A stretch of 37,168 bases of DNA from Candidatus Moraniibacteriota bacterium (GTDB lineage: Bacteria; Patescibacteriota; Minisyncoccia; Moranbacterales; DUUL01): the NCBI GenBank assembly GCA_046497225.1, contig JAWOGA010000009.1:1-37168 (forward strand). Direction: 5' to 3'. Numbering within the stretch: position 1 is the first letter of the stretch; each line of letters opens with the position of its first letter. The notes beneath the pieces are model-generated. The model ran no database searches. It saw only the letters and a program-made list of their open reading frames with translations, and was not told where the DNA came from. Below, in pieces: positions 29,564 through 37,167 of the stretch. Position numbers and translations under genes: made by a program.

Positions 29564-31546
29564 CTAAAAAATATTTTCCGGATCGGGGTTAATTGCCCAA
29601 TCATCGGAAATTTTAATTAAATAATTACCAAGTTTTGAATTGTCCGAAATAGGTTTTTGGGTTTTTATGAGAACATTTTTTATTCTTCTATTTCTGACAA
29701 ATTCAATATTGCTATAATAAGGCTCTAAAACATCTACTTCTTTGTCTTTTTCGGTTATTTTTATAATTTGATTATAAACCTTGTTCACGTTTTTTTCAAC
29801 CAATTCTTTGTTTTTATCTTTGTAGGTCAGTTTGTAAATTGCCCCAAAAGGAGGATAGCTCAGAGCTTTTCTTTTTTCAAGCTCTTCTTCCAGAAACGCT
29901 TTCCAATTCCATTCTTTTAGGTGTTTTAAGAGAGGATTTTCCGGTTGGTATGTTTGAATAATTGATTTTCCGGACTCATTTTCGTTGTTTTTGTCCGGGC
30001 GGTTGACTCTCCCGGATAGTTGAAAAATTCCTCCAAGCCATCTTTCGTCAAAGCGGAAATCGCTTTTACCCATCCACTTATCCGCATTTAAAATTCCCGT
30101 CATAGCTAAGTTTTTTAAATCAAATCCTTTAGATATCACCTGAGTTCCGACAAGAAGGTCCAATTTTCCGGTGTAAAAATCTTTAAATATCATTTCTCTA
30201 GCCTCCTTTTTTTCCAGGGTGGTTCTATCTATGACAGCGATGCGGGATTTGGGAAATAAGTTTTGAAGCTCTTCGGCTACCGACTCTGTTCCGAATCCTA
30301 TATTGACCAATCTAAAACTTTTGCATTTTGGACATTGGGAAAGGGAAGATGTTTTATAGCTGCAATGAAGGCATTTGAATTTGTCTTTAACGCTTATTAA
30401 ACTTGTTGAGCAATTCGGGCATTTGAGAATTTTTTTACAATCGCTGCACATTACCGCTTTGCTTTTTCCTCTTCCGGGAACCATTATTATGCCGGTTTTG
30501 TTGAGTTGGACAGTCTTTTTGAGAGCTTCCGTTATTTCGGTAGAGAATATAAAGCCTGTTTTGCTTTTTTGAAAATTCTTTCTTAAATCTGCCAGCTCAA
30601 TTTCCGGTTTTTTTGCTTTTAAATTTTTTTTGTTTAGCATGGGAAGCTTTAAAAGAGATATTTTTTTGTCTAAAGCTTTTTGGTAAACTTCCGGGGAAGG
30701 TGTGGCTGAAGAGAAAACCAGTCCGGATTGATGGATATCGGAGATTTTTTCCGCTGTCCACCTTGTGTGGTAATAAGGCGCTTTATCCCATTGCTTATGG
30801 GAAACGTCCTGCTCTTCCTCTACCGCGATGAAGCCCAAATTTTTAAAAGGATAAAAACACCCGATTTTAGTGGAAATTAAGATGTCTACTTCTCCATTTT
30901 TAATTCTTTGCCAAATGGATGTCTTTTCTGAATTTTTTAAGCCGGAATGAAGTAGAGCGACTTTGCGTTTTTTAAATCTTTTTTGATATCTTTCAATCTC
31001 TTGATGAGAAAGAAATATTTCCGGCAATAAAACAAGCGATTGCCGGTTTTTCTTTAAATTATTCTCTATTGATTTCATTATCACTTCTGTTTTGCCTGAT
31101 GAGGCCGGACCAAAAAGAAGAAATTTGCCTGAAGGAGCTTTTTTGATTCTCTCTGCCGCCTCTTTTTGTTTGGGGGTGAGGGTGATCTTTTCTTCTGTTT
31201 TTTCCATGGCATTATTCTTTTCTCGTATTTTTGACCTGTTTTTGGTGAGCATCGGAATGAAAAGTTTTAGAACTATTCCCAAAGGAGTGAAGTAAAAGCG
31301 GGAAATTTCTTTGGCAAGCTTCCATTGATGCTCAGAAAGAGCGTCTTTTTCCAAAACTTTTTTTATTGGCTTAGTATAAAAAACCGGTTTTTTGGTTTTT
31401 CTGTAAACAACTCCTTTTGTGGTTTTGTTGCGGAAATCAATTGAAACTAAATCCCCCTTGGATAAATTTTCTTTAGATTTATAAGTGAAATAAGGTTTTC
31501 TGGAGAGGGAAATTTTAATCAAAGGAATAACTTCGAAATAATTCAT
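29564..31546 (-). CDS. priA: primosomal protein N' (PriA helicase)
   Basis: Walker A GPASSGKTEV. A Cys-rich zinc region (CSDCKKILKCPNCSTSL...CLHCSYK...CPKCKS). Helicase C-terminal motifs (LVGTQVISKGFD, RAGR-like GRVNR). Motif II is unusual (see findings). Confidence 0.9.
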   Translation of the reverse strand: MNYFEVIPLIKISLSRKPYFTYKSKENLSKGDLVSIDFRNKTTKGVVYRKTKKPVFYTKPIKKVLEKDALSEHQWKLAKEISRFYFTPLGIVLKLFIPMLTKNRSKIREKNNAMEKTEEKITLTPKQKEAAERIKKAPSGKFLLFGPASSGKTEVIMKSIENNLKKNRQSLVLLPEIFLSHQEIERYQKRFKKRKVALLHSGLKNSEKTSIWQRIKNGEVDILISTKIGCFYPFKNLGFIAVEEEQDVSHKQWDKAPYYHTRWTAEKISDIHQSGLVFSSATPSPEVYQKALDKKISLLKLPMLNKKNLKAKKPEIELADLRKNFQKSKTGFIFSTEITEALKKTVQLNKTGIIMVPGRGKSKAVMCSDCKKILKCPNCSTSLISVKDKFKCLHCSYKTSSLSQCPKCKSFRLVNIGFGTESVAEELQNLFPKSRIAVIDRTTLEKKEAREMIFKDFYTGKLDLLVGTQVISKGFDLKNLAMTGILNADKWMGKSDFRFDERWLGGIFQLSGRVNRPDKNNENESGKSIIQTYQPENPLLKHLKEWNWKAFLEEELEKRKALSYPPFGAIYKLTYKDKNKELVEKNVNKVYNQIIKITEKDKEVDVLEPYYSNIEFVRNRRIKNVLIKTQKPISDNSKLGNYLIKISDDWAINPDPENIF

Positions 31547-31632
31547 TAATTGCTTATTATTGGTTTAGTAGATGCATTTTATCATCTTTTATGTTTTTTT
31601 TATAGGTGTATTTTAATAAAAAAGACGAAAGT

Positions 31633-31709
31633 CGTGATACATCATTTAAAAACCTTACTTTATAGAGAGTCGATAAATCATTTAAAACCTTACCGAGACT
31701 AACAATTAA
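31633..31709. repeat. IS left terminal inverted repeat containing two direct copies of the about-25-bp motif GTCG.(G)ATA.ATCATTTAAAA(A)CCTTAC
   Basis: Copies at about 31631-31658 and 31669-31694, plus the inner block CTAACAATTAA at 31699-31709. All are mirrored at the right end. Confidence 0.7.
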
Positions 31710-31739
31710 CAGCATCTGTTTTAAAGGATTAATAATATT

Positions 31740-32876
31740 CTAGATCTTTGATAATTTTTTATCAATATTTCTCCTAAGTTCAGCTGGATTAAGTTGGGAA
31801 TATATTGCTCTTAACGCCTCTTTCTTTTTCTCTGGATAATTCTTGTCCTCCAAAAGCCTCTGAAAAGGAGTCCTGGGCTTATCGAATTTCTTAACGATCT
31901 TTGTTCCCATTCTTTTCTTGGAAACAAGTTTTTTGTTGGGAATAAAGAAATTTTTGTACAGCCTCCATTCCTGGCAATAGAGATCATTAAGTTTTTTTAA
32001 ATGATGATCTTCCTCCAATCTCTGATAGCCGATCAGCTTTCTGACATGAGTATAATTCTTCTGTTCAATGTGGGCATTGTCATTTTTCTTGTAAGGCCTT
32101 CCTCTGGTAAATTCGATCTCCCTTGCCCGGCAATAGTTAAACAGCTGCCAGTTGATGAATTCTCCTCCATTATCCGGGTCTATTCCCAGAAGATCAAAAG
32201 GAAGCCTCCCTTTAATATCATCCAATCCCTTAATGATTCTTTTCTCCGCTTTTCCCATAACAGCTATTGACTCAGTCCACTGGGACAGGATATCCGTATA
32301 GGTCAACGAACAGACAAATTCTCCCGAAGCGGAGTTTCCGCAATGCGCCACTGTATCCAGCTCTCCAAAGCCCAGCCTCTTCTCGTTCCAGCAGGAAGTA
32401 CTGATTGGAATTTTGCCCTGGAGGGATCCGGGCTTAGTAGAGGAAAGAATTTTTCTTTTCAATTCCCCCTTAGACTTTTTCAGTCTTCTATCGATCGTAG
32501 AAGAGGATATTTTTAACAGCTTTTGCTTAACGCCTCTTGGAAAAGAAATTTCTTTGCAATGCTCCAAAACTCTGATATATTCTCTCATCATCGGCTCCAG
32601 ATTTTGTCCGCAAGGATAGTCAAAAATCCTCCAGACTTTCTTAAGATAATAGATTGCTTCCATTCCATAATATTCTTTCCTTTTCCTGTTTATCGGATTA
32701 ACATAATCAAGATCTACTTTCGCCGACAGCCTCTCTGTTAAATATTTTCTGTGCATTCCGGTATTAGCGCATAGTTCATCCAATATTTTGACCTTCTCTG
32801 CTCTAGTCGATTCTAGGTATCTATCCTTGACTTTCTTGATTAATTCTTTTCTAGAGGGTAAACTCATTTTTTTCAT
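31740..32876 (-). CDS. DDE transposase (retroviral-integrase/rve catalytic core) with an N-terminal HTH-like region
   Basis: Catalytic triad candidates: D in GELDTVAH, D in GIDPDNGGEF 61 residues later, and E in NAHIEQKN with 35 residues between (DD35E spacing). Confidence 0.85.
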   Translation of the reverse strand: MKKMSLPSRKELIKKVKDRYLESTRAEKVKILDELCANTGMHRKYLTERLSAKVDLDYVNPINRKRKEYYGMEAIYYLKKVWRIFDYPCGQNLEPMMREYIRVLEHCKEISFPRGVKQKLLKISSSTIDRRLKKSKGELKRKILSSTKPGSLQGKIPISTSCWNEKRLGFGELDTVAHCGNSASGEFVCSLTYTDILSQWTESIAVMGKAEKRIIKGLDDIKGRLPFDLLGIDPDNGGEFINWQLFNYCRAREIEFTRGRPYKKNDNAHIEQKNYTHVRKLIGYQRLEEDHHLKKLNDLYCQEWRLYKNFFIPNKKLVSKKRMGTKIVKKFDKPRTPFQRLLEDKNYPEKKKEALRAIYSQLNPAELRRNIDKKLSKI

Positions 32877-32909
32877 AGAGATAACTATTAATTGTTAGCT
32901 ATCTCTATG
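32874..32909 (-). promoter_or_regulatory. 10-bp perfect hairpin enclosing the transposase start codon
   Basis: CATAGAGATA (32874-32883) and TATCTCTATG (32900-32909) are exact reverse complements separated by 16 nt. On the minus-strand mRNA the 3' arm ends in the ATG of the transposase. Confidence 0.5.
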
Positions 32910-32967
32910 GTAAGGTTTTTTGTGATTTACCGACTAGGGCTAGGGTAAGGTTTTGGATGATTTACTT
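32888..32967. repeat. IS right terminal inverted repeat (two copies of GGTAAGGTTTT..G.TGATTTAC)
   Basis: Copies at 32909-32930 and 32944-32965, plus the inner block TTAATTGTTAG at 32888-32898. These are reverse complements of the left-end motifs. Confidence 0.7.
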
Positions 32968-32974
32968 CGAAAGT

Positions 32975-33003
32975 TTGACAAATTTTTTTTATTTTGTTAT
33001 TAT
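32975..33003 (+). promoter_or_regulatory. candidate sigma70 promoter TTGACA-N17-TATTAT abutting the IS right end
   Basis: TTGACA at 32975-32980, starting 1 nt after the right CGAAAGT. TATTAT at 32998-33003. Confidence 0.45.
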
Positions 33004-33031
33004 TCACACTGTTGCTTAATAAAACTTATTT

Positions 33032-33136
33032 ATGAATAATTTAAGTCAAAAAATCGGACATATGTTGTTTATTTGGTTGTTTTGCTTTTACCCCTTTCAC
33101 AGAGGCCGGTTTTTTGATGATTTTATTAAAATATAA
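33032..33136 (+). CDS. speculative 34-codon ORF encoding a hydrophobic peptide (MNNLSQKIGHMLFIWLFCFYPFHRGRFFDDFIKI)
   Basis: Below the ORF-track size cutoff; translated by hand. It lies between the candidate promoter (32975-33003) and the hairpin plus T-run (33164-33190). It has no SD, like most genes here. It could equally be noise or a non-coding RNA. Confidence 0.2.
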   Translation: MNNLSQKIGHMLFIWLFCFYPFHRGRFFDDFIKI

Positions 33137-33163
33137 ATTTTTCTCAATAAAATTAACAAAAAA

Positions 33164-33190
33164 CCGGTCTCAAAGAAGTCCGGTTTTTTT
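33164..33190 (+). terminator. candidate bidirectional intrinsic terminator
   Basis: CCGGTCT (33164-33170), loop CAAAGA, AGTCCGG (33177-33183; one T:T mismatch), followed by seven T. It is preceded by AAAAAA, so it looks the same on both strands. Confidence 0.45.
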
Positions 33191-33248
33191 GTTCTTTGAA
33201 AATGTTTTTAGGATCAAGTTAATTTCAAATCTTTTTTGGGAGGGAATT

Positions 33249-34562
33249 ATGTCGCATTCAGAATTCTGTACAATGGCTCACAGGGTTTACAATGTTTGGA
33301 AAAATGAAGGAAAAAATGAGTTGGAAAAAGTTTTTCTGGAGATGGGAATTCCTGAGGATGAGGCTGTTAAGTTTGCGGAAAACTACAACCCCCAGTCTCC
33401 TCCTGCTGAAGTTTGTCCCGTAGAGGCTCTTGAGAAGAAAAAAGCTTCTTCGGAAATTTTTAACAAACTTTCTCTTCAATTTCCAAGTATTCGAGAGGGA
33501 GGAGTCTGGCCTAAAAATGTATTGGCCTGGTGGATTCTCAGGTATATCTATGGAGAAGATGTATTTGAGTTTGTATTAATTGGAGATGGTGAGGAAAATA
33601 ACAAAATTGATTTTGTTAATTTGATCTCAACTAATAACGGAGACAATGTCCCTTTCGGGCTAGCCGCTCTTGAGGCTGTGGAAGTGGAGGATCTTCCGGC
33701 TCATGTGGTTCAAAAGTCATTGAACTTGCAAAAAAGTTTGGGCAAAGAAAGGGGTCTTGATTTGGCAAAAACTTTTTTGGAGGCTGGAATTATATTCCCG
33801 CCCAAAAAGCAAGTTGATCATCTCATTGGAATTATCAATAGGGGGTTCAGCGGTGAAAAAATCATTATCACAGGGGCTTTTTGCCCCGACTATGAATATG
33901 AGGAAACGGGGGATCCTGCATTGCCCTACAGATATACTTTTGAAGGGCTCAACGAGGGTGTTGGATTGGTGGCTCAGCAATTTCAAAGAATGATACCTCT
34001 ATTGGCCGATTTCTTTGATAGAAATGGTATTGAATATGAATTTCATTTAGGAATTGGCGATTTTGAAGCTGATTCCAAAGAAATCTTGGAAAGAGTGGGG
34101 GTTGATTATGCCGAATTTGTTAAAAGATGCTCTCGTTCTCTGGAGAATTTTCAAAATCAGTTGCCTTCGATTCCCAATCTCCATTTATATTTGATGAGAA
34201 ATGAGTTTATGAATGGAGGGTGGGAACAATATAAGAAAATGGCTTATGAGAGAATGAAGGAGGGAAATTTCGGCTTCATTGAACAAGCTACCGGGAAGAA
34301 AGCGGAAACTGAAGTGGTTAATTTTACCGCAAAAGCCAGTAGAAAGTTTTATGAACAGTGGTATGGCGCGAGTTTCACTTGGAATAAACTAAGGGAGCTC
34401 GTGATGGCCCAAGGATCGGAATATGCAGCGCTGGGGAGGATTTTTCAGGAATCTTTTCCGGAGAAGCCAATGATTCAATTAGCCGGTGACCGGCCGAAAA
34501 TGCAGGCCTTCAACAATTTTTGGTCCTGTCATCCCACCCTTTGCGCTAAAAGGGTTTACTAA
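33249..34562 (+). CDS. hypothetical protein, 437 aa, no family recognised
   Basis: Long clean ORF. I place the start at the ATG at 33249 (MSHSEFCTMAHRVYN...), 4 nt after a GGGAGGG Shine-Dalgarno at 33238-33244. The track start at 33114 reads through the upstream terminator hairpin. I see no P-loop, radical-SAM CxxxCxxC, TM segment or signal peptide. Confidence 0.7.
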   Translation: MSHSEFCTMAHRVYNVWKNEGKNELEKVFLEMGIPEDEAVKFAENYNPQSPPAEVCPVEALEKKKASSEIFNKLSLQFPSIREGGVWPKNVLAWWILRYIYGEDVFEFVLIGDGEENNKIDFVNLISTNNGDNVPFGLAALEAVEVEDLPAHVVQKSLNLQKSLGKERGLDLAKTFLEAGIIFPPKKQVDHLIGIINRGFSGEKIIITGAFCPDYEYEETGDPALPYRYTFEGLNEGVGLVAQQFQRMIPLLADFFDRNGIEYEFHLGIGDFEADSKEILERVGVDYAEFVKRCSRSLENFQNQLPSIPNLHLYLMRNEFMNGGWEQYKKMAYERMKEGNFGFIEQATGKKAETEVVNFTAKASRKFYEQWYGASFTWNKLRELVMAQGSEYAALGRIFQESFPEKPMIQLAGDRPKMQAFNNFWSCHPTLCAKRVY

Positions 34563-34576
34563 AAAAGGAGACTATA

Positions 34577-34738
34577 ATGAAAATGAAAGAGTGTAAAACA
34601 AGCAAAACAAATAGGCCCGTTGTTCCGTCTCGTTGTCCTTGTGGTCAAAAGACTGCTTTTCGAGAAAAAGAAGAACTGCTGGAAAAGGGGTATCGTGAAG
34701 TGGTGCCCGGGGGTTTCATAAAAATCCCATCGAAATAG
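34577..34738 (+). CDS. small ORF, 53 aa (MKMKECKTSKTNRPVVPSRCPCGQKTAFREKEELLEKGYREVVPGGFIKIPSK)
   Basis: Not in the ORF track (too short); translated by hand. AAGGAG at 34565-34570 sits 6 nt before the ATG at 34577. It starts 14 nt after the stop of the 437-aa gene. A strong terminator begins 15 nt after its TAG (34736-34738). Confidence 0.5.
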   Translation: MKMKECKTSKTNRPVVPSRCPCGQKTAFREKEELLEKGYREVVPGGFIKIPSK

Positions 34739-34753
34739 TAACTTAATAACCTT

Positions 34754-34788
34754 GCGGGTTGCAAATCATTGCAGCCCGCTTTTATTTT
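34754..34788 (+). terminator. rho-independent terminator closing the 437-aa/53-aa module
   Basis: GCGGGTTGCAA (34754-34764), loop ATCA, TTGCAGCCCGC (34769-34779; one G:T pair), followed by TTTTATTTT. Confidence 0.8.
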
Positions 34789-34797
34789 ATGTGAAAC

Positions 34798-34826
34798 TTG
34801 AAAGATGTCTTATTTTGAATTAAGAT
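34798..34826 (+). promoter_or_regulatory. candidate promoter for the cupin-peptidase pair (TTGAAA-N17-TAAGAT)
   Basis: TTGAAA at 34798-34803 and TAAGAT at 34821-34826, about 28 nt before the ATG at 34854. Confidence 0.35.
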
Positions 34827-34853
34827 GAAGATGTAAAAATTAAAACTTTTAAA

Positions 34854-35195
34854 ATGTTAATAAAGAAGAGCCAAGCAAAGGAATTTACTATTCCGGGAAA
34901 AACAGATGGAATCATTTATCCCTCCAGTCCCAACAAAGACCAAACTATAGCCAGAGTTGCAATTGATGGCAATTATCCCGAAAAAGGATGGTCTCTAAAT
35001 GATATAGCCACAGAAACAATTTATTTATTGACTGGATCAATTGAGATTGATACTGAAGATAAATGGGAAAAAATTGAAGAAGGAGATTTGTTTATGGTCT
35101 TTCCGGGAAATAAGTATAAAATTAGAGGAAAAGGTGACTGCCTTGTTTTTATTACTCCTGCTTGGGAAGAGAACAATAATCAAATAATTCAATAA
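34854..35195 (+). CDS. cupin-fold protein
   Basis: 113 aa. The beta-rich pattern ...ETIYLLTGSIEIDTEDKWEKIEEGDLFMVFPGNKYKIRGKGDCLVFITP is typical of single-domain cupins. I could not confirm metal ligands. Confidence 0.65.
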   Translation: MLIKKSQAKEFTIPGKTDGIIYPSSPNKDQTIARVAIDGNYPEKGWSLNDIATETIYLLTGSIEIDTEDKWEKIEEGDLFMVFPGNKYKIRGKGDCLVFITPAWEENNNQIIQ

Positions 35196-35197
35196 GT

Positions 35198-36310
35198 ATG
35201 AATAAATTATTATTTGCAAGCTCCAAAGAAAGAGATATTTTTTATGCTACAGGAATGGAAATTCCGGATGCTTTTTTTTACTTGGAAAAAGATGGTGAAA
35301 AATATGTTTTTCTAGACAAAAGGGAGATTGGAGTTTTCGAGAAAAACAAAAAAGACAAAAATATTAAAGCTCAACCCCTGGAACCTTTAATTGAAAAAGC
35401 TAAAAAAGAAAAAAGCGAAGAAACTATTGTTCCAAAAGTGGCGGAGTTGATAATTGAAGAATTTAATTTGCAAGGCAAGATCAATATTCCTAATTATTTT
35501 CCGATTGAAATTTTTAATTATCTCAGTAAAAAAGGATATGAGCTGAAATTATTAAATCCTTTTTTTCCTCAAAGAAGAAATAAAAGTTCTAAGGAGGTTG
35601 AAATGATTGAAAGTGCCATCAGGAAAACGCATAATGCGTTTAAAAAGGTGGAAAATATTTTAAAAAAATCAAAAATAAAAAAAGATAAAATTTATTTTCA
35701 AGAGGAGGTTCTTACAAGTGAGAGATTAAAGAAAGAAGTCGAAAAAGAGTTAATAGAAAACAACTTAATAGACATAGAAGGAATGATAGTTTCTTCCGGA
35801 GAGCAGGGTGCAAGACCTCATGACAGGGGAAGTGGGGAGATTAAGCCGCATACCTCCATTATTGTTGATATTTTTCCCAAAGACAGAGAAAGTGGTTATT
35901 TTGCCGATATGACAAGAACTTATTTGAAAGGCAGCCCTTCTTCGGAAATTACTGATATGTATAAAGCTGTTGAAGCTGTCCAGGAAAATGCGATCAAGCA
36001 AATAGCGCCCGGCAAAAAATCTTTTGAAGTATACCGGGAGTGTTTCAAGGTTTTTGAAGAGTATGGATTTAAAACCGAAAAAGAAGGTTTTGTAACCGGA
36101 TTGGGTCATGGATTGGGAGCGGATGTGCATGAATTGCCTTTTGTTAACTCTTCCAGTGATGCTGTTTTAGCCGAGGGGGATGTAATAACCGTCGAGCCGG
36201 GGCTTTATTATTCTAAGCCGGGAGGAATAAGAATTGAAGATGTTGTGGTTGTCACAAAAGATAGTTGCAGAAATTTAACTGATTACCCCAAAAACCTGGT
36301 GATTGCTTAG
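35198..36310 (+). CDS. M24-family metallopeptidase (Xaa-Pro aminopeptidase/dipeptidase type)
   Basis: Pita-bread-fold metal-ligand motifs: DIFPKDRESGYFADMTRT (D, D), GHGLGADVHE (H), VEPGLY (E), GGIRIEDVVVVT (E). The start is 2 nt after the cupin stop. Confidence 0.88.
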   Translation: MNKLLFASSKERDIFYATGMEIPDAFFYLEKDGEKYVFLDKREIGVFEKNKKDKNIKAQPLEPLIEKAKKEKSEETIVPKVAELIIEEFNLQGKINIPNYFPIEIFNYLSKKGYELKLLNPFFPQRRNKSSKEVEMIESAIRKTHNAFKKVENILKKSKIKKDKIYFQEEVLTSERLKKEVEKELIENNLIDIEGMIVSSGEQGARPHDRGSGEIKPHTSIIVDIFPKDRESGYFADMTRTYLKGSPSSEITDMYKAVEAVQENAIKQIAPGKKSFEVYRECFKVFEEYGFKTEKEGFVTGLGHGLGADVHELPFVNSSSDAVLAEGDVITVEPGLYYSKPGGIRIEDVVVVTKDSCRNLTDYPKNLVIA

Positions 36311-36333
36311 CGCTAACAAAATAATTATTTAAT

Positions 36334-36361
36334 AAAATCCGCAAAAATTATTGCGGATTTT
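36334..36361. terminator. bidirectional rho-independent terminator between convergent genes
   Basis: AAAATCCGCAA (36334-36344), loop AAATTA, TTGCGGATTTT (36351-36361). A/T runs on both sides. Confidence 0.75.
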
Positions 36362-36390
36362 ATTGTGTTGTTTAAGACATTTTTCTTGTG

Positions 36391-37167
36391 CTACTTCTTC
36401 CATCTCCAAATCTCCATAGAATCATTGGCGTAGCGGGACTCAAGGGCTTCGTAGTTGTCTCGGATGTAGTGGCGGGCGGGCGATTTGATGTAGGCGTGGT
36501 CGTTGGTGGAAATGACGATCCAAATTTCTTTATTCTTTTTTTCTAAATTTTTCAGTTTTTCCAAGGTTAATTTATCTTCTTCTTGGTTTTCCCCTCCAAA
36601 ATCAAAAACGGGAGTTTCCAGTTTGGAATAATAATAATTGCGAAAATCCCGGGTTATGAGCAAAGCATTTGGAGAGCGATGTTTTTTATAGTAAGCGAAA
36701 ACTTCTTTGTAGTTAGAATGATCCCAATAAAGCTTTTTTTGATAAAAACTATTGTCTTGACTAAAATAACCGAAATTGTAAATAGCAACAAAGAAATATA
36801 AAACCAAGGCTAGAAATATCAGTCCATGTTTCTTTTTCTTTAACATAAAATCATACCAGTGTTTCTTTTTTAGTAAAGTGGAAATTTGTTTTGAGGCAAA
36901 ATAAATTCCGGAAGCTATGAGCATCACTTCAAAGGTTTGAACGAGGTAGATGTATTGGTCGCCTGGGTTTCGGTCCCAGACAAAAATGGCCAGTAAAAAA
37001 GGAACGGCAAAAGAAAGGGTTATCCACAGGCCTTTTTTGAGGTTCTTGTTTATTAGGTAAATTGATCCCAGGATTAAAAAAGTTATTGCCAAAATCCCGT
37101 GGCTGTAATCAAGAGTAATGTTTTCAAAATGCTTAAAGTGATTAACGGGGAAATCCAAAGAACCCAA
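36391..37167 (-). CDS. C-terminal part of a polytopic membrane protein (GT-C-like); the N-terminus lies beyond the right edge
   Basis: The frame is open to the window edge, so the leading M in the track is an edge artefact (TTG). It has several TM helices, then a soluble tail of about 110 aa. The organisation is similar to the protein at 3885-5801. Confidence 0.45.
   Translation of the reverse strand: MGSLDFPVNHFKHFENITLDYSHGILAITFLILGSIYLINKNLKKGLWITLSFAVPFLLAIFVWDRNPGDQYIYLVQTFEVMLIASGIYFASKQISTLLKKKHWYDFMLKKKKHGLIFLALVLYFFVAIYNFGYFSQDNSFYQKKLYWDHSNYKEVFAYYKKHRSPNALLITRDFRNYYYSKLETPVFDFGGENQEEDKLTLEKLKNLEKKNKEIWIVISTNDHAYIKSPARHYIRDNYEALESRYANDSMEIWRWKK

Larger units (their letters stand above)
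31633..32967 (-). mobile_element. insertion sequence, about 1.34 kb, single DDE (rve-type) transposase; family not assigned
   Basis: Imperfect terminal inverted repeats of about 77-80 bp (31633-31709 vs 32888-32967). The element is flanked by the identical 7-mer CGAAAGT at 31626-31632 and 32968-32974. One 378-aa transposase ORF fills the interior. Confidence 0.75.
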
